Shown here one piece after another: positions 54,256-64,000 of a stretch of 64,000 bases of DNA. A program made the translations under genes and the position numbers. The number at the start of each line of letters is the position of its first letter. Position 1 is the stretch's first letter. Source of the stretch: Octopus vulgaris (taxonomy: Eukaryota); contig OX597817.1 in NCBI GenBank assembly GCA_951406725.2, positions 126,294,001 through 126,358,000 on the forward strand, read 5' to 3'. The notes under the pieces are model-generated. The model worked only from the letters and a program-made list of their open reading frames with translations. It was not told the origin of the DNA and did not search any database.

Positions 54256-56212
54256 TACCCCTATATATATATGTGTGTGTGTGCGGGGTAAATATTAAAA
54301 TTCTGTGTAAGAATCTACACAATAATGTAAATATTATGAATGTTGCATATGTGCTTTTAGACGCTTGGGAAGTTCATTTACTGGCGTGTGGCGTTGAAAA
54401 CATGTTATCATGCGAAACCACCCCGGATGTGCACGAGAGTTACATACTGTATACGCATATATTGAATATAGGTATATTGCATCTATTCTCACAAAATATA
54501 TCGATAATGTCATTCTCGTCCACTTAACGGGCGGTTTCGTTTCGCTTTTGCTCTACACGTCTTTAAAGGGACCATTCTAAGTCGAAATAACACAGTCACA
54601 TATTTATGAGTTTTGTGTTGCTTCCTACACAAAATTAGAATTTTGCTGCACTTGTGCAAATATGCACGTCAAAACTATATATATTTTTTTGCAATTCCAA
54701 TCTGTTTTGGAATTGAGATGAAGTTATGGAACGTTGGTGTAGGAAATATTACGAAATAACTTCAGTACATTCCGGAGTGGTTTCGTTCTAGCTAGTTTTG
54801 AAGTATACACTGTTAATAATATCACGTTTTAAAGGGACCACTCTTAGACGAAATAGCACAACTAAAAGTCTTTTGCAACACACATACAGTGAGGATGTGA
54901 TACTAGAAATATTTATATATATATATATATATATATCTGTGTGTCTGTGTGTGTGTGTGTATGTGTGTGTGTGTTTCTGTCTGCCTGTCTGAGTATGTGT
55001 GTGTACATATCTATCTATCTATATATATATAAATATCTAGCTGTATATGTAATATGCTGGTGTCTATACATACACACGCATATATAGATGAATGTATTGA
55101 TAATATGTATAATATATAGCTTTTAATTGAACATTCCAACGAAATAAATTGTTATAATCAAAATGATCACCAAGATACGATCTTCACTAAATTCTAATAT
55201 TTTTTGTCTCCTCTTTACTTCCATCCCATTGCTTGTCTCGTTGTACTTCAACTTAATGGCATTTTCATGTTTCTCGTTCCTTTTGTATCCACTTCTTTCT
55301 CTTTTTTCTAGAACAGCATTATGTGTTTGCAAACTTTTCGAAAAATTGTTTACGGTAATATACAGTAAAACATCTTACTGAAGCTAGTAGACTCTATGAA
55401 ATCGTAATCATAGCAATCTTGATAGAGTAATGAATTGTTAAAACATATTTTTTGTTCCAAAATAATAGAAAATTGCGCTGAAAGACGTTTTAGTTTTGAG
55501 CCGATAACTTAGCTGTTTGTTAGTATAAAATGATATTCGTATTGATTTTCACTCAATTTTTTTCTTGAGTCTAAAGCATTTTATTTCTCGAAATATTTTT
55601 TTGCTATCTGATTATTATGATATTTTTATATCCCGATAGCACAACACTGGAAACTTTAAAACGTGCACCGTATGCTATTTGAAAATGTGTCATTGTTGTA
55701 ACCCATACGTGCACCTAACTTTGAATATATAAAATATAAATGTGTTGATATCAATATAAATCTATATGTCTATACATACATTCATATATACAAGCTGCAA
55801 ATCAAGCTACAAATTCATGCATTTCTGCATGTGAAACTCTGAGCCAAATGACAGATAGAATGTATCAAATAATGAAGTATTTACTTCAGGAATAGCATAA
55901 AAATATTTATACATATGCATATGACGTTTTGGAGAATACTTCATTGGAACTGAAATTTAAAATGTAGTAATGTACTTCATATTTATTTCACGAAAATATA
56001 ATGTGAGATCATATGTCAAGTATATTGTTTTAGTTATGAATGTGTGTAAGATAGATTAGAAGCGACGTTACTATTAATCTATATGAATAACAGGAAAGCT
56101 GATCCTAGAATCGTAAAACAGCGTTGTGTGCCAAAACGTCTATTGTGATACTCATAAAGATTCATAGTAAAAACGATTATATAAGCGATAACTTTTTGTG
56201 TCTCCTTCTCTC

Positions 56213-56295
<83 letters not shown>

Positions 56296-56334
56296 AGTGT
56301 AGTGTTGGGTGTACAGAATTGAATATTGAGAACA

Positions 56335-56537
56335 GTGCAAAAGTGGTTAGCTGGTTTTTGGGACTGTTTGATTAACAGGATAAAAGCTTCTTCATCTATG
56401 GGATCCAGGCACTGCCACACCGCTGGACGAAGTGTGTGAACAGGAAGTGGGGGGGTCTATGTCGAAAATAAACGTTATTTGATAACATTCCATGACAATA
56501 TCTTGGTCAACCTATGAACCCTCCAGCAGGCCTTCGC
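56335..56537 (+). mobile_element. Mariner 3' fragment
   Basis: QDKSFFIYGIQALPHRWTKCV..KWG.YVE matches a mariner transposase C-terminus, followed by a degenerate TIR. Confidence 0.75.
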
Positions 56538-56569
56538 AAATATATGTATGTATATATACATGTATATAT

Positions 56570-56626
<57 letters not shown>

Positions 56627-58777
56627 CCATATCATTCTCCACGAAACTGTCAATAGCTCCTCCCCAGAGATAGCAGGATATATATTCTTCACCACTTTCA
56701 CAGGGAGGCGTTTCAACCTCCTTGCTCGGTGGCACACATCCCACTAACGAGGTTATCTTCTCCCCCCTCCGGTGGCACACATTCCCCTGAAGAGGTGTCA
56801 GGATATGCTGTCGCCGGCAGTACCCTGCTTTTCTTTTTTCTCTTCTTTTTTCCTTTTACGACGGGAGGATGGAGTTCCTCCGACATCTCCAGAGGACCCT
56901 CCCTCCCCGCCGTATTTTTGCTTTGTTTCTATCTCTTTTTTATTCTTTTCTTCTATTCTTTTCCTTCCTTTTTCCTCCTTTCTTTATTTATCTTCTCTTT
57001 GAGTTATATTTAGAATATATCCCTTCCAAACATTAATTTTTGGAGGGAAATTTTGATAAGTTGTAGTTCTGCATGAAAATACATTAGTATAATATTTGCA
57101 AATTAACAATTTGTAAATAAAACGAATATATATATATATATTCTCATACATACATATACGTAAAGCTAGAACATCCCAATGTTACGCATAGATATATCTC
57201 AACATTTGTAGAGATGAGCCACGTTTGGAATAAATAATTCAAATTCAAAGCGTGTCTGTGTGTGTTTGGGAATATGTCCATGTTTATTCTGTGTAACTTC
57301 GATCACGCCTCTTCCAATTCCATGATTTTGCGTTAGAGAACATTAGTATAACACTTAAAAAACGTACTGCCTTTGCTTTTCTTTCAAAACATTCGGTATT
57401 GCGGATCGTCCCGTAAAAGGGAAAAAATAATTAAATAAATAAATGGTGAATAGAAAGGTGGATATCCCTTCCCTCACTCTTATCCTCTACCCATCTGGTC
57501 ATAAAGCTAGACCGTCATCTTTTTCAGTGACATTACCTGCAATAATGTCAGCATGAATGTCGTTGGGGGTTAAACTATGTCTACGCATCCTTAATAACTC
57601 CGCGATGTTTTCGAACGATTGCATTAAGGTTTACTTCATACTCTCCGTGGTTATATATTTGTGCGTTATGTTGTGCATAATATACTTTTATTGGAATTAA
57701 AAGAATATGCCCAAGAAAAAAGCACAGTTACAAACTTTAATTCTCAGCCATCAATCTTCACATATCTTTTTCCACCTCATGAAATGCATTGATAAAATTA
57801 ATATATCATGTCTTATTTCTCAGTTTCTATGTGCTGTGTGACATGTAAGCCATATAACTTGGAAACTGAATTATACATTGTAACATATGTTATATCACAG
57901 GGTGGAGATTATTGCTTAATGCAAAGTGTAATGCGCATAAGATTTCACTTGCAAAACAGAAAAGATTTATTGATAAATATAATCACAGGGAAGAGTAATG
58001 CAACAGTAGGTTATATAGAACATGCTTGCATTATCATCGATATACAGTATCCAGGTGTTTCGTAATATGCATTGAGATTTAAATCTCCGGTGGTTTACTG
58101 TATCACATATATTTTATAAAAAGTAACGTTCCTTTCTTACAGCACTGTCTGTAAATCGTTAACGTGCATAAAATGCATTGTTTGTTATTTCTTCAAATCT
58201 ATTCATCATGGAAGATTTTAATATGCATGAAAATTCGGACTAGATTTTTTTTCTCAACAAATTAAGTTGAATAATTTTAAGGATTTATGAATATGTTTTA
58301 TCTTTTTTTGTGTGCCTGGTACATTGGCACTTAATGAATTCATAATTTATTGACAGCTTTACAGTTCCCATATGTTTGATTAAAGAGAACTTTGCATACA
58401 GCTATTGAACTGTTTAGCAAACTATTCGTAGTACATTTCATTAATTGACATATTTATTAAAACGTGCGTCAACAAAATATATTATATGAATTATAACAGA
58501 TAGGTTTTTATAATTATTATGGTATGCGCACGCAAACATACAGGACTTTATACTCCTAGCGTGTCTTAATTATGAATTAAATATCTGCCCGCTTTATAAT
58601 GAATTCATATTTGTAATTCTACGAATATGTTTTTGATAATATTTCAAAATGTTACCCTTCATGGATACAATTGATGTAAGGAGTAACAACTGCGTGTAAA
58701 TATGCATTTTCATGCATATATAGACATATGCACACACACACACATAAACACTATATTTTTCTTCTTTCAACATTGTC

Positions 58778-59108
58778 GTGTTCAAAGTTTGTCGCCTAAA
58801 TGCCCGGAACCGCGGGTCGGTTTGGAAACAATGTCAACTTTTAATTGACCTGAGGTCCTCTCATGTAGACGTAATAACAATAGTGAAGCCATCCTTTCCG
58901 ATTCATAAACATTCATGCCTCTCTTCGTTGGATACGAAATTTACTGCTCTCCATGTCGGTAGTGGTGAAAATGGAGTGTTTTTCCGGAAAGTTCTGGATT
59001 TGAAAATAAAGGTAATCTTCTTGGATCCAGAAGGTAATTTGGTGGACCTAGATGTGAGTAGCAGTGACGGTGGTGCATTCAGACTGGTGGCTGGCTATTC
59101 TCCGACAG
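58778..59108 (+). mobile_element. L1/Tx1-like APE N-terminal fragment
   Basis: KVCRLNAR...LLIDL....VDVI...VFFRKVLDLKIKVIFLDPEG....LDV....GAFRLVAGYSP; homologous to 40425-41155. Confidence 0.8.
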
Positions 59109-59329
59109 CAAAGCACATCATTTAACGTCACTCTGCGATCATTTTCTTACGTGACATTTGGCACACTTGTGCACCTTTACAAGCAATGTCGATCTGATGA
59201 GGCGAGTGAGCTAAATTTCACCACCTACATTTCTAAATTAGATCACTATAAGCAAATCATTTGTGCAGGTCTTACAGAAAAATATTTGCATTTATGCGTT
59301 GTTTTCGACGGGAGAGTTTATAATTTTTA

Positions 59330-60580
59330 TTATCATTTTCAGTAGTCTTATTTTTATCACATGCTTTCACTACACTACCGACTGCAGCTCTGTTTACCTT
59401 GGGTATGTTCTGTAGTTTGTAGTGGTGCACATATTTTCACTGTAATGAAAGTGTTTTACGTAGGATGTGTGCAATGCCAAGTAGTGATATTTTCTATATG
59501 TTATATATAATCGTAAGTCCTAATGGTTTTTTGTTATATATTTATCTGAATGATTTTTTATCACACCTAATGCATCTATTATAATAGAATTGTCTCTGCT
59601 GTTATGCTCCATTTTCGAGCTACCTCTATTTCAATATATTTGTACTCTGAATGTATTTCTTTTTTTTTTTAGAGAAACATTGTCATCTGTTGGTATTGAT
59701 ACATAAATTGAAAGCATTGTTTTCTTGGTGATCACTGGCCACTATATCCGGCCTATTAGCCTTGATTCTCAATCTCTGTTTATTGGTATATCCCAGAGTA
59801 TGCTTGCTTTCTTATTTTCTGTGACATTTTCTAGCGCGTGCCTATACCATCTTTTTTCTGTTGTTATTTCATAGTGTTGACATAACTTCCAGTGTATATA
59901 GGGACCAACTCCGTCGTGTCTGTGAATATTTTCCTTCTGAGACAGAACTGGGCAGCCAGAAATAATACAATTTTTTGTTTCTTCCCTTATTCTGCAGTTA
60001 TTTGTCGTATTTCTTTCCCTTGCTTGCTTTTGTTGATGTCTAATGGGAACTTGTGGTGCAATTAAAAATCTTTCAGTCCCCGCTTTGAATAGTGAGCTTC
60101 TCAGGCATTGGTAGGATTTTGCTTTGGCTATTATTGATTGTTGTTATTGTTTGATTGTTTGCTTTTGTTTTTGCAGTCGCTGTCGTTGTTATTGCTGTTG
60201 TTATTATTGTGCCATGCACATTATATTCTGAGCTCGTACTGATTTCTGTTCGTTTTCTATGGAAATCATTCCCTACATATTTTAACGTTCTGATTATTGG
60301 TATAGTTTTAGTTTTCTTTTTCGTCTTCTTGATTTCTGCTAATTTCAAGTATACTTTATTTATTATTGTAATTGTTGAGTGTCATTTCTATTGTCCACTT
60401 CTAATACTTATCTTTACTGGATTGCTTTAGAGTGCTATAGTGGGTATGTCACTATACTTTGCTTTTCCTACCTGCTTCTATTTTTAGTTAACGTAATCAT
60501 TATGGGTGAGTGTATGTTAAATGTAGTCATACCTGTTTTTGTTGTGCTTTGTATTGCTAATTTGGTTAACCATTAATTAA
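59330..60580 (-). mobile_element. R4/Dong-like RLE LINE remnant, probably internally deleted
   Basis: Minus strand IISGCPVL....IHRHD.VG.YIHWKLCQHY.I....RWYRH..E.VTEN....ILWD.PI..D...KANRPDIV (CCHC end and RLE) at 59450-59970; the assignment of 59975-60580 is less certain. Confidence 0.8.
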
Positions 60581-60747
60581 GATCACTATTGTTATAACTT
60601 ATTATAAGCGATTTTTTCGTCCTCGACATTTTCCGTTTTTAGCATTGAACTTCACTTTCAATATTAAAGTAATTGAATTAGAAGTCTTCCTGAACTTTTC
60701 TTGTATATGCGTATGTTTAAGCTGTCTAGTACACTAATTACTTCCTT

Positions 60748-60852
60748 TGTATGTATGCATGCATGTATGTATGTATGTATGTATGTATGTATGTATGTAT
60801 GTATGTATGTATGTATGTATGTATGTATGTATGTATATATGTATGTATGTGT
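60748..60852. repeat. (GTAT)n microsatellite
   Basis: Direct reading. Confidence 0.95.
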
Positions 60853-61106
60853 GTGTTTCTGTACGTGCGTACTTCAAGTGTTTGCGTCTGTATGTACACG
60901 TGAGCGCGTATGCAAGCTGTAAATCTCCCATCTTAGGTTCTTCATCAGCATGATATTTTTGCTTTGCCTTGATATTCGTTTCCTAGAATTTACATTAGCG
61001 ATTGTATTTTCTTAAATCCAATAATCATATGAATGTCAAGGGGGATAACTATGAAGTGATATTTCTAGATGTTGATCCGCTGTTAGAGGACGTGGTATAT
61101 CAAGTT

Positions 61107-61173
<67 letters not shown>

Positions 61174-61190
61174 TTAATAATAATAATAAT

Positions 61191-61748
61191 AAATGCCCTG
61201 ATGCAGTACCAGGCAGCGGCGCTCATGGATTCTGATCTTAACTGATTGGAAGTGATACCATGAACATTGTTTTGTCTTGATATAAAAGATGGGCTACAGC
61301 AAATATTCTGCTCAATACCACAGATTTGCTTGTCAGTTGTTTGACCTTAACCAGTTGAGCATGTCCCTTAGTGGCTGACGATATGTGCATCTCTGATCAC
61401 GAGCAGAAATAGTGAGGGTGTATCATAGCCATGTGTTGAGAGGGATTCTTTGGGGTTCGAATAATTCACCTCTGGAAACATGGGTGGTTCTTTCAACATC
61501 TTTTAACAACCCTTATTCAGGGACCTTTTGAGCGGGATGGGCTACTCAACCAGAAGAAAATTCTAACTGGGCCCCACCTGCAAGGTCATGTGCTGTTTAT
61601 CTTGATATGAGATCACCATGTCGCACACATATGGTTGTGATGCATGTGCCTGGTGTACCTTTATCAGACGTGTAGTCATGATGGGTATATTGGGCTTCGT
61701 ATATTTTACCCCAGTGTCACTTTGATGGCATGCACTGCTCTCTCACTC
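61191..61748. mobile_element. ~555-bp non-coding element inserted in (AAT)n, copy 1
   Basis: aaatgccctgatgcagtacc...ctctctcactc bounded by (AAT)n; tandem copy at 61845-62399. Confidence 0.85.
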
Positions 61749-61791
61749 AATAATAATAATAATAATAATAACAATAATAATAATAATAATG

Positions 61792-61844
<53 letters not shown>

Positions 61845-61848
<4 letters not shown>

Positions 61849-62399
61849 GCCCTGATGCAGTACCAGGCAGCGGCGCTCATGGATTCTGATCTTAACTGAT
61901 TGGAAGTGTTATCATGTACATTGTTTTGTCTTGGTATAAAAGATGGGCTACAGCAAATATTCTGCTCAATACCACAGATTTGCTTGTCATTTGTTTGACC
62001 GTAACCTGTTGAGCATGTCCCTTAGTGGCTGACGATATGTGCATCTCTCATCACGAGTAGAAGTAGTGGGGAAGCATCATAGCCATGTGTTGAGAGGGAT
62101 TCTTTGAGGTTTGAATGATTCACCTCTGGAAACATGGGTATTTCATTCAGCATCCTTTAACAACCCTTAATCAGGGACCTTTTGAGTGGGATAGGTTACC
62201 CAACCAGAAGAAAATTCTGGGCCCCACCCGCAAGGTCATGCGCTGTTTATCTTGTTATGAGATCACCATGTTGCGCACATATCGTTGTGATGCATGTACC
62301 TGGTGTACACTTATCAGACGGGTAGTCATGATGGGTATACTGGGCTTCGAATATTTGTACCCCAATGTCACTTTGATGGCGTGCACTGCTCTCTCACTC
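61845..62399. mobile_element. ~555-bp non-coding element inserted in (AAT)n, copy 2
   Basis: Same termini as copy 1 with scattered substitutions. Confidence 0.85.
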
Positions 62400-62493
62400 A
62401 ATAATAATAATAATAATAATAATTCATATTTGCAGTAGTAATAGTAGTAGTATGACCAGTAAGAGTAACAGCAGCAGCAGCAGTAGCAGTAGC

Positions 62494-62552
<59 letters not shown>

Positions 62553-62589
62553 CAGCAGTAATAGTGGTATTTCTTTTTCGTGTTTTATG

Positions 62590-63895
62590 TTCCCGTCACA
62601 GCTCTTTCCCACAGCTTAGAGACGCAACACTTTCTTCATCACATTTGCTGTCTCGCGTACTGCTGCCAACCGTGTACTGCCAATAAAATCTGTCATTTTC
62701 CGCTTCACATACCATAACATTGCTCTCTTTCAGACAGTCTGAAGTGCACTGATCACATTAGGTTTCACATTCGGTTTTGTAGATCTGTCGATACGGTTCA
62801 CTTCCAATGTCAGGTCTTGATACATTTCGGCTTTCTTGTACTGTCCTCTCGGTATTCTGGTTTGCAAGTAAACCTACGTTCAAGAAGAACCATCATTCGA
62901 ACTCCTTCCGTGAGTGAGTGATATGCGGTCTGTTATGTCGTAGCTTCTTTTCCATCTGGATTGACCCCACAAGTTATTCACCTGAACATTCTCTGCTACT
63001 GGCAAATGTCGGTTCATATATATCACTTGTTGGGACAATATAACACATAGCTCCTGCACAACTCACAGGGGATGAGCAATGTCACTTTGTCATGGAATTT
63101 TTTTATTACGTTTGGACTTGCTTTGATTATCGACAACTTATATATCTACGGGACTCAGATAATTATTCACATAATATACGAAAATATGATACTGCTGTGA
63201 TATCAATGCGGCACTTGAATGAGTACGTTCATGAGTACGTTCATGACATGTATTTATTAGACGCAAGGATAAATCTCATTGTGACCATTTAAAAAATATA
63301 TCCACTTCCCAAACATGTCCGAGATTGCTCATCAGCTTCATTTGTTGAAAAATATCTCCGTTTAGCAATTTCAGTTTCCCGTTGATAAACTTTATGCATT
63401 TGTTTTTATGTTGTACTCGTAGAGGGTCTCATTATTGTCGCTACTCACCTTTTCATTCAGTGTGACTGGCAAATTTCTTTCATCGCTATCTCTAAGATAG
63501 CTGTGCAAGGATTTGTTTGTCTTGGTAAAACTAAACATTATTCCGCCCAGTCCTCTCCCAACGTCCTAGATTTCTAAAGCATAACTACCATACATCTCGT
63601 ATGAAGTCTCCCATGAATGACCATTATCATCCTAGTTTTCTTGTCCATGTGGAGTGGTTCCTTTTTAGTATATTCCGTAATAGACGTTCAATGAAGTTCC
63701 ACGCTTACAACACAAGTGTTGAATAAACTAACAACGTTTCTTCCATTCATCTTGAGTCTACGTAGTGTTTTCACTCTTCCAGTATAGTGAGAAGAAATAG
63801 TGTCCTTCATTTCCCTGCCTTTCATCTGCTCTAATTCTAAGATATCACGATACTTGTTGATTCATTCGGTTGCACCTAAGGATGGTAATATTTTC
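62590..63895 (-). mobile_element. Heavily decayed R4/Dong-like LINE (RT C-terminus to RLE)
   Basis: Minus strand KYRDILELEQMKGREMKDTISSHY.GRVK, HDKV..LI..ELC, KKAEMYQDL.LEV. Confidence 0.65.
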
Positions 63896-63903
63896 TAGGC
63901 ACT

Positions 63904-64000
63904 AAGGCGCCGAGCTGGCAGAAACGTCAACACTCCGGGCGAAATGCTAAGCGGTATTTCGTCTGTCTTTACATTCTGAGTTCAAATTCCGCCGAGGTCG
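63904..64000 (+). mobile_element. SINE family A 5' part, cut by the window end
   Basis: aaggcgccgagctggcagaaacg...gagttcaaattccgccgaggtcg with A/B-box-like motifs. Confidence 0.9.

Noticed and set aside
59191-59244. CTGATGA with flanking gatct/agatc
   Set aside because: No GAAA half of the core
61680-61748. HDV-like ribozyme at the minus-strand start of the AAT element
   Set aside because: Only short pairings (cagtg/cactg) found; the nested double pseudoknot could not be built by eye

Overview
AT-rich, microsatellite-dense eukaryotic non-coding DNA. The SINE families look like those of Octopus, so a coleoid cephalopod source is inferred. I find no supportable host protein-coding gene; almost all ORFs in the supplied track are microsatellite translations or decayed transposon fragments. 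The window is a mosaic of tRNA-derived SINEs of at least two families, a full-length but disrupted mariner with related short derivatives, and LINE remnants (R4/Dong-like, L1/Tx1-like, CR1, RTE). It also holds many Penelope-like element (PLE) remnants, mostly at (TA)n tracts. The most interesting signal is about ten hammerhead-ribozyme-like motifs in PLE terminal repeats or ORF-less repeat units. Two are canonical (52984-53079 +, 48922-49057 -). Several carry variant cores with C3-G8/U3-A8 covariation and an extra nucleotide before stem II. Three elements have a fold-back geometry with both 3' ends pointing outward into (TA)n. All alignments and folds were done by eye, so boundaries are approximate and no ribozyme activity is demonstrated.
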